Source: Spirochaetia bacterium (GTDB taxonomy: Bacteria > Spirochaetota > Spirochaetia > SP-2023). From it: 64,000 nt of DNA. The notes under the pieces were generated by a model. The model saw only the letters and a program-made list of their open reading frames with translations. It searched no databases and was not told the DNA's origin. Of the stretch, positions 53,077-62,832 are shown in pieces. The position numbers were made by a program, and so were the translations under genes. The stretch spans positions 172,933-236,932 of the forward strand of contig OZ253665.1 of the NCBI GenBank assembly GCA_965263295.1, written 5' to 3'. Numbering within the stretch: the first letter of the stretch is position 1; each line of letters begins with the position of its first letter.

Positions 53077-54279
53077 GATGGCGGCCACCTGGCTGCCATA
53101 AGAGGTATTGTAGTCCGGCAGCCCCTGCTGTAGTTGTGATGTCAATTCCTCTAAGCGTTGCAATTGGCGCGAACTTGAACTGTGGTAACTGAGCTGAGAC
53201 AACTCAAAGAGCAACAGCTCAAACTCAAAACTTTCGTTGATGGAATAACGAAGGTTGCGGTAGAGAATAAAGCAGCGTTCAAGTATATGGCATAGCTGTT
53301 CACGGTTCCAGCTCTGCAACGCTTTGTCGCTGTAATGACTGGCTGGGTAGGGCAGGAGCAGTAGCAATTGCTGTTCGCTCAAATCACTTTGCAGGAGTAA
53401 GAGGGCGCGCAGGTAATCGCAGAGGTCGACTAAGAGCTGCTCTAACGAAGTGCCGCTGTGTATGATATCCCCGTAAACTTGTAGGGCGGCCTGCAGGTTT
53501 AAGTCAATCAAATAGTCGCAGAGCTGGCCTAAGTTGTCGATGGCCGTCAGGCCCATTTTTTGCTGGATCAATTCCAGACTCAGGGGCTCGCCGGAGCAAA
53601 AAGAAATAACTTGGTCGAAAAGGGTGTAGGCGTCGCGCATGGAGCCTTTAGCCTCACGGGCCACCCACCTCAATGCTTCGTCGCGATATTCCAAGCCGAT
53701 TTCGAGACATGTAGCGACCAGGTTCTGCTGAATCAGCTCCAGCGGTATTAGGTGAAAATTGTAGTGCTGGCAGCGGCTACGCACTGTCAGTGGCACTTTG
53801 TGGATTTCCGTGGTAGCAAAAATAAAAACGATATATTCGGGAGGCTCTTCAATGGTCTTCAGTAAAGCGTTGAAGGCACTGTTGGAGAGCATGTGTACTT
53901 CATCAATGATGAAGATTTTGTAACGGCTACTGCTGGGTGCATACAAGACCTCATCTTTAATCTCGCGGATGTCGTCGACTCCAGTGTGGGAGGCTCCGTC
54001 AATTTCAATGACGTCCATGGCTTTGCCGCTGAGTATCTCCTTGCAGTTCGTGCACTGCCCGCACGGCGTGCTGGTCACGCCCGTCTCACAGTTTAGAGCA
54101 CGGGCCAAGATACGCGCGGTGGAAGTTTTCCCTACCCCGCGTGGCCCCGAAAATAAATATGCATGGGCGATTCGGCCCCCGTTGATGGCGTTGTGCAAAG
54201 TTTGTTGAACAAAAGTCTGCCCACAAAGCTGCTCTAGATTCTGTGGCCGGCGACGGGTCGCGGTTACTTGGTATTCCAT
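53053..54279 (-). CDS. dnaX: DNA polymerase III subunit gamma/tau DnaX, 0-frame product (408 aa, gamma-length)
   Basis: RRRPQNLEQLCGQTFVQQTL…AHAYLFSGPRGVGKTSTARILARALNCE…CGQCTNC…IFIIDEVHMLS…SRCQ. The ORF ends 12 nt after an A10 run. Confidence 0.9.
   Translation of the reverse strand: MEYQVTATRRRPQNLEQLCGQTFVQQTLHNAINGGRIAHAYLFSGPRGVGKTSTARILARALNCETGVTSTPCGQCTNCKEILSGKAMDVIEIDGASHTGVDDIREIKDEVLYAPSSSRYKIFIIDEVHMLSNSAFNALLKTIEEPPEYIVFIFATTEIHKVPLTVRSRCQHYNFHLIPLELIQQNLVATCLEIGLEYRDEALRWVAREAKGSMRDAYTLFDQVISFCSGEPLSLELIQQKMGLTAIDNLGQLCDYLIDLNLQAALQVYGDIIHSGTSLEQLLVDLCDYLRALLLLQSDLSEQQLLLLLPYPASHYSDKALQSWNREQLCHILERCFILYRNLRYSINESFEFELLLFELSQLSYHSSSSRQLQRLEELTSQLQQGLPDYNTSYGSQVAAIKKKTLSA
53067..53076 (-). 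other. A10 homopolymer (T10 on the + strand): candidate slippery or transcriptional-slippage site in dnaX
   Basis: Counted directly. The 0 frame reads ATC AAA AAA AAA ACT CTG AGT GCC TGA. Confidence 0.6.
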
Positions 54280-54447
54280 GGATTGTAGAAGATTCTAGCA
54301 GAAAGCTGCCCCCGAGGGAATAGACAAGAGAGGCTAGTGCTTGCCCAATGCTGTCCAGATCGTTTGATGATTTTTTTACTTTTTTGCCATTCAGAATCTG
54401 GGCAAATTACAAGGCTCCAGACGGTTTGGCAATTTGGCAGTATATAC

Positions 54448-54476
54448 TTGACTAGATTCTCACAATTTATATAGTA
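54448..54476 (+). promoter_or_regulatory. Sigma70-like promoter candidate for rimP-nusA-infB
   Basis: TTGACT (54448-54453), a 16/17-nt spacer, then TATAGT/ATAGTA. Confidence 0.4.
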
Positions 54477-54499
54477 TATACAGAAATTTTCTGGTATAT

Positions 54500-54524
54500 G
54501 TCTTTCAGAAGAGTCCCAAGCGGC
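54500..54524 (+). terminator. Leader intrinsic-terminator-like hairpin followed by T8
   Basis: AGAGTC-ccaagc-GGCTCT (6 bp including one G-U) followed by TTTTTTTT. About 25 nt downstream of the putative -10 and about 120 nt upstream of the rimP ATG. Confidence 0.45.
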
Positions 54525-54540
54525 TCTTTTTTTTGTATCA

Positions 54541-54572
54541 TCAGGAACTGCCTGCTGTGGTGGCTAAGCAGA
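54541..54572 (+). terminator. Second leader hairpin with a U-rich tail
   Basis: CTGCT-gtggtggcta-AGCAG followed by AGTTTTTATTTT. Confidence 0.3.
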
Positions 54573-54642
54573 GTTTTTATTTTACTGTTTTACAGCTTTG
54601 TAAATGATTATTTGGCGTTTTCTATAGGAGAAACGGTACCCG

Positions 54643-55131
54643 ATGAGGCTAAAAGAGACGACGACTACGGAAGTACAAGAACGGCTTCTCACGCGTTTAG
54701 AGCTGTTGTTCGGCAAGGATGCCTATCAAATCGTAGAGTTGAATTATGCCATGCTGAAACATCGAGCGCAGTTTAGGGTTGTATTGTTTCATCCCGCTGG
54801 AGTCAGTTTGGATACTTGTGCGGAATTACATCGGGTTATCAGTGTAGAAATTGATCGTTTGCAGGCTTCAGGATTAAAAATATCGGATAATAATGATTAT
54901 AGTTTAGAGTTGTCGTCGCCGGGTCTAGGGCGCCAGTTGCGCAGCCGCCGCGAATTTCAGGTGTTTCGTGGCCAAGTCGTGCGCTGTATGTCAGCGGATT
55001 GCTGGTATAGCGGTGTGCTGCTGGGCCTGAGTGGAACGGCCGCGGCCGACTTGGAGTTGAGCATGGAGGTAGATGCCGAAGTTCTGCGTTTGCCGTTGGA
55101 GCAGGTACAGAAAGTAGAATTGGACTCGTGA
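54643..55131 (+). CDS. rimP: Ribosome maturation factor RimP
   Basis: …LELSSPGLGRQLRSRREFQVFRGQVV…, located directly upstream of nusA. Confidence 0.85.
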   Translation: MRLKETTTTEVQERLLTRLELLFGKDAYQIVELNYAMLKHRAQFRVVLFHPAGVSLDTCAELHRVISVEIDRLQASGLKISDNNDYSLELSSPGLGRQLRSRREFQVFRGQVVRCMSADCWYSGVLLGLSGTAAADLELSMEVDAEVLRLPLEQVQKVELDS

Positions 55132-55316
55132 GTGTTTAATGTTACAGAAATTGAGCTTTGTTAAGTTATTGGCTTGAGGTCCCTGCATATGTTGACAAGT
55201 GCAAAATGATTGCGTGCAAAAATATGTTCAAAATGTTATTTTAATGGATTTTAGAGTTTGTCGCCGTTTGTATTTTGCGCTCGGCGCATTGGGAAATGAA
55301 TAAATGAGGAGCTAGT

Positions 55317-56741
55317 ATGAATGACTTTTTAGAAAATGTTCGCTTGATTCAGCAAGAAAAAAATATTTCAGAAGAACTCGTGCTGAGAAATATTGAGAAT
55401 TCTTTGAAAGCCGCATACAAAAAGCGCTTTGGCACTGAAGAAAATGCCGTGGTGCAGTTCCATGACGATTACGCGGGCGTGTCGCTCTATGCCCAAAAAC
55501 GCATTGTCGCCGATGAAGAACTTGAGGACCCTGTGCTGGAGGTGGCTCTTTCTGAAGCTCAGGAACACAATGGTGAGGCGGAGATCGGCGATGAGTTGTT
55601 GTTTGAGATGGATTTAAAAAATGACTTTGGCCGCGGTGCCGTTTATAACGCCAAACAGCGCAGTCGTCAAGGTTTGCGCGAAATACAGAAAGATACATTG
55701 TATTCTGAGTTTAAGGACAAGTTGGGCGAGTTGATCATTGGTTATAACCAGCGAGAACGCAATGGCAATGTCCATATCAGTTTGGGGAAGACCGAAGGTG
55801 TATTGCCTAAACGTTTACAGTCTCCGCGCGAGATATATCGTCCGGGTGACCGCATTAAGGTTCTGATTGAGGATGTGCGCCGCCACAGCCAAGGGCTGCA
55901 AATCATCTTGTCGCGTAGCAGCCCTGAATTAGTACGCAAATTGTTTGAAATTGAAGTCTCCGAAATTTATGATGGTACGGTAGATATTTACAAAGTCGTG
56001 CGCGAAGCGGGGTTCCGCGCCAAAATGGCCGTGTACTCTTATCGCGACGATGTTGACCCCGTGGGGGCTTGTGTCGGCGTTAAAGGGGCCCGCATTCAGA
56101 ATGTGATTCGCGAACTGGAGGGCGAGAAAATAGATATTTTGCGCTACGACAGTAATCCGGTGATGTTTATTAAAAACGCTCTGGCGCCAGCTCAAGTTGA
56201 ACAAGTTCACATTGTAAGTAATCGCCGGAAGGCGGTACTGGCTGTCGTGCCTGATGAGCAGCTGTCTCTGGCCATCGGCAAGCAAGGTGTCAACATTCGC
56301 TTGGCTAGTCGCTTGGTGGGATGGAGTATCGACGTAAAAACTCAAGAACAGTTTGCTGAAATGGATATAGAGCCAGAGAATGACGATTACCCAGTTGAAT
56401 TGTTCAATGATTTTGAGCCGGTCCAGAGTCTGGCCGAGCTTGAAGATATGAACGAAGAAATTCTGAGTGTGCTGGAGGCTAAAGGTGTCACTGGCATTGA
56501 GCATTTGCAGGGCCTGTCTTTGAGTGATGTCGAAGTCATGTTGCATGAAGAGACGCCCGAAATTGTGGAGGCTGTCCAGGGAATCATCGATATTAATGCG
56601 GACGCTATTGATGCCTATGTGGCCGCGCCAGAAACTGAGCAGATTGTACTCTATCAGTGCCCAGAATGTGGCCACGAAATTGACGTGAGCATGACGGAGT
56701 GTCCCAATTGTCACGTCGGACTAAGTTTTGAGGAAGAGTGA
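55317..56741 (+). CDS. nusA: Transcription termination/antitermination factor NusA, with a C-terminal 4-Cys zinc-ribbon-like tail
   Basis: IENSLKAAYKKRFG; S1 domain region; KH regions ACVGVKGARIQNVIRELEGEKIDI and LAIGKQGVNIRLASRLVGWSIDV. C-terminus YQCPECGHEIDVSMTECPNCHVGL. Confidence 0.9.
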   Translation: MNDFLENVRLIQQEKNISEELVLRNIENSLKAAYKKRFGTEENAVVQFHDDYAGVSLYAQKRIVADEELEDPVLEVALSEAQEHNGEAEIGDELLFEMDLKNDFGRGAVYNAKQRSRQGLREIQKDTLYSEFKDKLGELIIGYNQRERNGNVHISLGKTEGVLPKRLQSPREIYRPGDRIKVLIEDVRRHSQGLQIILSRSSPELVRKLFEIEVSEIYDGTVDIYKVVREAGFRAKMAVYSYRDDVDPVGACVGVKGARIQNVIRELEGEKIDILRYDSNPVMFIKNALAPAQVEQVHIVSNRRKAVLAVVPDEQLSLAIGKQGVNIRLASRLVGWSIDVKTQEQFAEMDIEPENDDYPVELFNDFEPVQSLAELEDMNEEILSVLEAKGVTGIEHLQGLSLSDVEVMLHEETPEIVEAVQGIIDINADAIDAYVAAPETEQIVLYQCPECGHEIDVSMTECPNCHVGLSFEEE

Positions 56742-56848
56742 AAAAGTAAACAGGTAGCCTGTCAAAATTGCTATGCCTAAACAGTTGGCAATTGGAGCCG
56801 GATAAGAACAGAGAAAACGAAAAGCGAAGGACAAATCGGAAGGTAAAC

Positions 56849-59458
56849 ATGGCAGAAGAAAACAAGAAAGTCGCAAAAAAAACTGGCCCTACTCTTGTCA
56901 AGAAAAAGCATGCGCCGACAGCTAGAAATCCTCATGAAATTGCTGGTGACGCCGCGAAGAAAAAAGTGGTGCGCAAAGTAGTTCGCAAGGTCGCGCTCAA
57001 GAAGAACGCTGTACAAGCATCTACGGAAATACTTGATTCACAGAGTGATGAATTTGCAAATAACGGGCGACCCGGTCCTTCGCTAAAGTCTGCCAGCCCT
57101 GAAAGTGCAAAGAATTCAGGGTCGGCGGCGGGTAGGCCCCTTGCGACTCAGCCACACCGCTTTAAAGACCGAGGCCAATCTCAAGGCCAATCCCGAAGTC
57201 AATCTCAAGGTCAATCTCAAGGCCAAGGGGTGCGCGCAAAGTCGGCATCGGGAGAGCGTAAGGTCGCCGACAGGGAACGCCGCTTAAGTCCTGAGCAGCT
57301 CGGACGCCTGCGCGAGGCACGCCGCAAGGCGCAGCCCTCCGTCCAGTTTGAGATTGTTCGTCTGCCGCGCAAGCGTACAGCGGGCGAGCGAAGTCCGGGT
57401 CGCGGTCGGGGGACGAATCAGGGCGGCGCCCAAGGTGGCCGCGGGATGGGGCCAGGGCGTGGCCCGCGGCCGGGCCAGAGCGGCAATCCGAGAGCCAATG
57501 GCCTTAATAGTCCAGTCGCTGCCGCAACTATCGCCAATGCCCCAGCTCCGGCTTCAAACTCCAGAGGAGGTGTCCGAGGCGATAGCCGGCGTAGCGGCAA
57601 AGAGCGAGAGAAACAGGATCGCCGGCGTGAGGATTTGGAACATTTTGCCAACCAGGTTAGAAAGAAAAAGTCCTACACTGATGCGGACGTAGTGCCAAAA
57701 GAGATTTCGATTATGGAATCGATTACGGTTTCTGAACTGGCGCGGAAAATGAACCTTAAAGCTTCGGACATTATCGGTAAATTGATGTTGCGTGGTACAA
57801 TGGCCAGTATTAATCAGGCTATTGATTCGGAGACAGCGAGCAGTGTGGCTTCCAGTTTTCACTGTAAGGTCAACGTTGTTTCGCTTTACGAGGAGACCCT
57901 GATTGAATCGGAGGACGTGGACGAGGCGGACTACGTAAAGCGCCCGCCAGTCATCACCATTATGGGGCACGTCGACCATGGCAAGACGACTCTGCTCGAC
58001 GCGCTGCGCGAGTCCGATGTGGCCCACGGCGAACATGGTGGAATTACTCAGCATATTGGTGCCTACCAGGTTCGTTTGCCAGGCAGTGATGCGACCATTA
58101 CTTTTCTCGACACGCCGGGTCACTCGGCTTTTTCGATGATGCGCGCCCGCGGCGCCCAAGTTACAGACTTGATTGTTTTGATCGTCGCTGCCGATGACGG
58201 CGTGATGCCACAAACAGTCGAGGCCATCCACCACGCTAAAGAGGCCAAGGTTCCCGTCGTGGTGGCGATTACCAAGTCTGACTTGGCGACAGCTAATCCG
58301 GACCGCATTAAACAGCAGCTTTCCGAGCACGATTTGATGCCCGCAGACTGGGGGGGCCAGACTTCCTACATTGAAGTTTCAGCCTTTACCAAGCAGGGTT
58401 TGCCCGATTTATTGGAAACAATTGTGCTTGAAACTGAGATTTTGGAATTGAAATCTCCGCTCAAGGGGCGTGCTGAGGGGAAAGTCATTGAGGCCCGCAT
58501 CGATCAAGGGCGCGGTATCGTTGCGACAGTACTGATTGAGCGCGGTACCTTGCGGGTCGGCGACACCTATGTGGCCGGTGTTTATTCGGGCAAAGTACGC
58601 GCCATGTTCAATGAGCACGGGGATCGTTTGCAAGAGGCGACCCCCTCCACTCCTGTGGAGATTATTGGCCTTTCGGGTGCCCCTCTTTCGGGCGACCCCT
58701 TCCAGGCCACGGACAACGAAAAGCTCGCCCGCCAATATGGCCAGAAGCGGCAGGAACTCAAGAAGCAGGAGGCCAGTCAGGGGGCCAAGTTGACTTTGGA
58801 TAACCTCTATGCCCAGATTCGCGACAATAGTGTTCAAGAGCTTAAAGTCATCATTAAGGGTGACGTGTACGGTTCTGTCGAAGCGGTGCAGCAGGCCTTG
58901 GAGAAACTGAGCACGGATGAAATCCGTTTGAGTTGCATTCACGCCGCTGCCGGCGCTATTATCGAGAGCGATGTGACGCTCGCTTCGGCTTCTAATGCGA
59001 TTATTATTGGCTTTCATGTGCGTCCGACGGTTAAGGCCCAGGCGCTGGCGGAACAGGAGAAGGTCGATATTCGCAAATATGGTATTATTTATGACGTTGT
59101 GGACAATATTCGAACGGCGATGGAAGGTATGCTGTCGCCCGAAAAGCAGGAGCATGTCATCGGCGAGGTGGAAGTGCGTACAACTTTCCGCAACTCACAG
59201 ATCGGAACTATTGCCGGTTGTATGGTCGTCAAGGGCTCCGTAATTCGCAAGAGTCAGATTCGCGTTTTCAGGGACGATGTCGAAATCCATTTTGGGCAGC
59301 TCGGCAGTTTGAAGCGCTTTAAAGACGATGCGCGGGAAGTTCGCGAAGGCTTTGAGTGTGGCATTACTTTGGCAAATTTCAGCGATATTCAAGAAGGCGA
59401 TCGCTTTGAAATTATTGAAGAGCGAGAAGTGGCCAAAAGGCTGAAGGTATCGGAATAA
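56849..59458 (+). CDS. infB: Translation initiation factor IF-2
   Basis: G domain [17 protein letters not shown]…DTPGH…TKSD. The low-complexity N-terminus includes [22 protein letters not shown] at 56849 is preferred to the track start at 56768. Confidence 0.95.
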   Translation: MAEENKKVAKKTGPTLVKKKHAPTARNPHEIAGDAAKKKVVRKVVRKVALKKNAVQASTEILDSQSDEFANNGRPGPSLKSASPESAKNSGSAAGRPLATQPHRFKDRGQSQGQSRSQSQGQSQGQGVRAKSASGERKVADRERRLSPEQLGRLREARRKAQPSVQFEIVRLPRKRTAGERSPGRGRGTNQGGAQGGRGMGPGRGPRPGQSGNPRANGLNSPVAAATIANAPAPASNSRGGVRGDSRRSGKEREKQDRRREDLEHFANQVRKKKSYTDADVVPKEISIMESITVSELARKMNLKASDIIGKLMLRGTMASINQAIDSETASSVASSFHCKVNVVSLYEETLIESEDVDEADYVKRPPVITIMGHVDHGKTTLLDALRESDVAHGEHGGITQHIGAYQVRLPGSDATITFLDTPGHSAFSMMRARGAQVTDLIVLIVAADDGVMPQTVEAIHHAKEAKVPVVVAITKSDLATANPDRIKQQLSEHDLMPADWGGQTSYIEVSAFTKQGLPDLLETIVLETEILELKSPLKGRAEGKVIEARIDQGRGIVATVLIERGTLRVGDTYVAGVYSGKVRAMFNEHGDRLQEATPSTPVEIIGLSGAPLSGDPFQATDNEKLARQYGQKRQELKKQEASQGAKLTLDNLYAQIRDNSVQELKVIIKGDVYGSVEAVQQALEKLSTDEIRLSCIHAAAGAIIESDVTLASASNAIIIGFHVRPTVKAQALAEQEKVDIRKYGIIYDVVDNIRTAMEGMLSPEKQEHVIGEVEVRTTFRNSQIGTIAGCMVVKGSVIRKSQIRVFRDDVEIHFGQLGSLKRFKDDAREVREGFECGITLANFSDIQEGDRFEIIEEREVAKRLKVSE

Positions 59459-59461
59459 GGG

Positions 59462-59857
59462 ATGAATAAACTGCGTCGCTCCAAGCTGGAAAGTCTGATT
59501 TTACAGTTGTTGGGTAAATTGATCAGCACACAGGAAATCAAGGACCACCGGGTGGGTAGCGATGTCGGCATAAGTTCGGTAAAGGTTAGTAATGACGGGG
59601 CTTACGCTGATGTCTATGTCTCCTCGTTTAAAAGTGCTGAACAGAGTGTAAAAGGTGCTGAGGGTCTGAATTCTGCGGCAGGTTTTGTCCGCCGCAAGCT
59701 AGCCCCAGTGCTTCACTTGCGCAAGATCCCTAATTTTCGTTTCCATGCCGACCATAGTCTTCGCCTGCAGATGGCTGTGCAGGAGCGCCTGCAGGGCTTG
59801 GAGGGGACAGCTGGAGACGCGGGCTCCAAGCTTGGGACTAGTATTGAGGATAGCTAG
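59462..59857 (+). CDS. rbfA: Ribosome-binding factor A
   Basis: RRSKLESLILQLLGKLI…ISSVKVSNDGAYADVYVS…LRKIPNFRF. Conserved position after infB. Confidence 0.85.
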   Translation: MNKLRRSKLESLILQLLGKLISTQEIKDHRVGSDVGISSVKVSNDGAYADVYVSSFKSAEQSVKGAEGLNSAAGFVRRKLAPVLHLRKIPNFRFHADHSLRLQMAVQERLQGLEGTAGDAGSKLGTSIEDS

Positions 59858-59905
59858 GCCAAGCGATAAGCATAGTGCCTACTAGCAACGGGTTATTGTT
59901 GCGAG

Positions 59906-60910
59906 ATGTCGGAGTCAAACAAAAGATCCATGTCAGGTAACGTATATTACCTGTATAAAGAGAGCGGAGATACTTCATTTGAGGCCATCCGCAAATTGCA
60001 AAGAGACCTCGGTTTGCGCAAGGTAGGTCATTGCGGCACTTTGGACAAGTTTGCCCAAGGCTTGCTAATAGTTCTGAGTGATGGCGCGACTAAGCTTGCC
60101 GGAGCGATTACCGGCCTGGATAAAACTTATATTGCCGAAATTGAGTTTGGCCGCGAGACCGATACACTTGATCCAGGTGGGCGAACATTGCGCGAAGCGG
60201 ATGTGCCCAGTGAGGCCCGTATTCTCGCGGAGCTGGACGCCTGGTGTAGCGAATTGCGTCTGAGCCATGGCCTGATTTGGCAGCGGCCCCCCGCTTTTTC
60301 CGCCATACACAGCAATGGTGTGCGTCTATATCAAAAAGCCTTGGCGGGAGAAGACCTGAGTCAAATCCCAGCCCGCCAGGTCCAGCTATATTCTTGTCGA
60401 TTTATAGCGTGGCAAACCCCCGTATTGAAGGTTGCATTGCATTGTTCTAAAGGTTTTTACGTGCGTTCTTTCGCACGCGATCTGGCGTTGCGCTGTTCAT
60501 CTGCAGGGCACCTGCAAAGCTTGTTGCGTACTTCCATTGGCAGCATTTCTGTCCGCGATGCCCAAACTCTAAGCACAGGAGTTGCAGCTCGGAGCATTGT
60601 AAGTCTGCTGGACGAATTGGATGGCCAGCTCCCGATCCGAATCTTGAGGACGGGACGGGATTTGTATGCCAATGGAGAGATTGCCGCAGAAGACTGGCAG
60701 CTGTTGCGGCACGGCGGGATTCCGTCGGAAGTCTTTTCTGCGGCGCGCAAATATTCGGCAACTCCAGCTTGTGATCTTGAGGGTGATGATTGCTACCAAT
60801 TTGCGCTGATACATCGGGGGCAAATCCTGGGCTTGTTTCGTTATCAGATGCAGCGGCAGGAAAATGGAACCCGCAATCCCATTTTGAAATTTTGGCATAA
60901 TTTTTGCTGA
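59906..60910 (+). CDS. truB: tRNA pseudouridine(55) synthase TruB
   Basis: KVGHCGTLDKFAQGLLIVL (catalytic Asp motif GHxGTLD), ATKL, YIAEIEFG. Conserved position after rbfA. Confidence 0.85.
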   Translation: MSESNKRSMSGNVYYLYKESGDTSFEAIRKLQRDLGLRKVGHCGTLDKFAQGLLIVLSDGATKLAGAITGLDKTYIAEIEFGRETDTLDPGGRTLREADVPSEARILAELDAWCSELRLSHGLIWQRPPAFSAIHSNGVRLYQKALAGEDLSQIPARQVQLYSCRFIAWQTPVLKVALHCSKGFYVRSFARDLALRCSSAGHLQSLLRTSIGSISVRDAQTLSTGVAARSIVSLLDELDGQLPIRILRTGRDLYANGEIAAEDWQLLRHGGIPSEVFSAARKYSATPACDLEGDDCYQFALIHRGQILGLFRYQMQRQENGTRNPILKFWHNFC

Positions 60911-61102
60911 AAATAATCTTACAGTTCTCATCAATTTCTGATCTCATTGCGTAATCGGCTCGTCAACCCTAGCCCACTGCTGAACGACATGTCAATTTTT
61001 CGATGTGTCTAGAATATCTTGTCTTGCTTGACAATTATGATGTTAGAAATTATTATCATTTTTTATTCGCTAGAACAAATTTATATTTAATAAGGACTAT
61101 TT

Positions 61103-62050
61103 ATGAAAATATTGCCTATTTTCTTACTGTTTTTCCTCAGCTGCCTCGACCTTGCGGCCGCCCCCTCCCGTACGCTTGTACTCTGTGGCCCCGTTTTTGC
61201 CTGTATTTCTCATCCTTTTGCCCGCATGATTGAAATGCAGGCCCTGCAAGATGTGGCCGAAAATGTCGAACTCAGAGCCTGGAAAAGCGCCGACCAGATG
61301 CGAGCCATGGTCAGAGAGGGTGACTGTGACTTTGTCGCGGTTCCTTCCAATGTCGCAGCCACCTTGTACAATAAAGGCGTCAACATACATTTGTTAAATA
61401 TCTCTGTATGGGGTATTTTGGACCTAGTTACAAGAGATAAAAACCTTCGGCGCCTAGAAGACTTTCGCGGCAAGGAGATTCTGGTGCCGATGCGCGGGGA
61501 GATGCCAGACATTGTCCTGCGCACCCTGCTCAGGCAAAAGGGTCTGAGACCGCAGAAAGATATAAAGCTGGCTTACACCAATACTGCTATTCTGCAGATA
61601 TTCCTCACAGGGCGTTACGACAATGTTTTACTCCCTGAGCCCTTGACTACAATGGTTATGCAAAAGTCTAAGTCCGCTCTGTTTCGAAGCGTCGACCTGG
61701 AGGAGGTCTATGGCAAGGTATTTTCCAAAGAGGCGCAGATGCCGCAAGCGGGGATAGCATTCGTGGGTAACCAGGACCCCCACGTTGTCGAGCGCGTCGC
61801 AGAAGAATACGACAAAGCGGTGATTTGGTACAAGAACTACCCCCAGGAGGCCGGTGCCCTGGCGGCGAAATATTTTCCGATGGTTGAGGCGGCAGCTGTC
61901 ACGGAATCGCTTGCGCACATCCGTTTCCAGAGTGTGGCGGCGGCCGACGCCAGAGAAGAGTTGGAATTCTTCTTTGGAATTCTGCAACAGGCTGACCCTA
62001 AAATGATTGGTGGTAGACTCCCGGAGACAGATTTTTACCGTAAACCATGA
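61103..62050 (+). CDS. ABC transporter substrate-binding protein (NitT/TauT / NMT1-ThiY-like)
   Basis: Signal peptide MKILPIFLLFFLSCLDLAAA. The family is inferred mainly from the cognate permease and ATPase downstream. Confidence 0.65.
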   Translation: MKILPIFLLFFLSCLDLAAAPSRTLVLCGPVFACISHPFARMIEMQALQDVAENVELRAWKSADQMRAMVREGDCDFVAVPSNVAATLYNKGVNIHLLNISVWGILDLVTRDKNLRRLEDFRGKEILVPMRGEMPDIVLRTLLRQKGLRPQKDIKLAYTNTAILQIFLTGRYDNVLLPEPLTTMVMQKSKSALFRSVDLEEVYGKVFSKEAQMPQAGIAFVGNQDPHVVERVAEEYDKAVIWYKNYPQEAGALAAKYFPMVEAAAVTESLAHIRFQSVAAADAREELEFFFGILQQADPKMIGGRLPETDFYRKP

Positions 62051-62832
62051 AACTTCTTTGGAGCATTTTTAAAGGGATCCCAGCTTATCTGTGGAGCGGA
62101 TGGAGCTCTGTGGCGTCAATTCTACTTTTCTTTGCCCTTTGGGATGCCACGGCCTCTTACTATGCCAGTGACCTGATCTTGCCATCGCCACAAACGACTT
62201 TGCTGACTCTGCGAGATCTGCTTGAGCAAGAGGCGACAATACAAGATTTGTTCATCACGATCAAACGAGTTTTGCTGGGTTTTGCCGTCTCTTTTGCCTT
62301 GGGTTCTTGCCTGGGGCTGCTCGCCGGGCTTTCTGTAACGGCCTCTTTGATCAGCCGTCCTCTGGTGACTTTTTTTATCGGAATACCTCCGATCACTTGG
62401 CTTGTGTTAGGCATGATCTGGTTTGGTGTGGGAGACGGGACCGTAACCTTTACCGTGATTGTCGTCAGTATTCCGTTAATTTTTGTGGCGGCATTTCAGG
62501 CGACCTCGACTCTTGAAGGCAAGCTCAAGGAAATGGCCGACAGTTTTCACCTGCCCTTCGGAATGAAATTGAGAGAAATTTATGTTCCACATATTTTTTC
62601 TTATGTATTTCCATCGTGGATTTATGCACTAAATACAAGTTGGAAGCTGGTTGTGATGGTGGAGTTGCTCTCTACCAGTGAAGGTTTGGGGGCCACCCTA
62701 GCTATCGCCAGAGCTCAATTAGACACTGCGGTGACAATGGCTCTGATCCTCTTGCTGATATGTATTATGCTAGTCGTGGAATACGGTATCTTACAGCCTA
62801 TCAAGCAGGAGGTGGAGGCATGGCGAGACTAG
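62047..62832 (+). CDS. ABC transporter permease (NitT/TauT family)
   Basis: Six hydrophobic segments. Its start overlaps the SBP stop (ATGA). Confidence 0.75.
   Translation: MKLLWSIFKGIPAYLWSGWSSVASILLFFALWDATASYYASDLILPSPQTTLLTLRDLLEQEATIQDLFITIKRVLLGFAVSFALGSCLGLLAGLSVTASLISRPLVTFFIGIPPITWLVLGMIWFGVGDGTVTFTVIVVSIPLIFVAAFQATSTLEGKLKEMADSFHLPFGMKLREIYVPHIFSYVFPSWIYALNTSWKLVVMVELLSTSEGLGATLAIARAQLDTAVTMALILLLICIMLVVEYGILQPIKQEVEAWRD

Noticed and set aside
54498-54776. 92-aa ORF overlapping the rimP leader and the rimP start
   Set aside because: It starts inside a terminator-like hairpin/T8 tract and overlaps rimP out of frame. Its composition is hydrophobic junk. The region is better explained as a regulatory leader.
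55929-56714. 261-aa ORF antisense to nusA (also 57554..58330 and 58409..59155 antisense to infB)
   Set aside because: These lie fully inside strongly supported genes on the opposite strand. Their translations are low-complexity and rich in Arg/His/Phe with no motifs. They are typical shadow ORFs.
60911-61102. Possible TPP riboswitch upstream of the NMT1/ThiY-like ABC importer
   Set aside because: There is no CUGAGA / ACCUGAUCUGGAUAAUGCCAGCG-type core. The region is AT-rich promoter-like sequence only.
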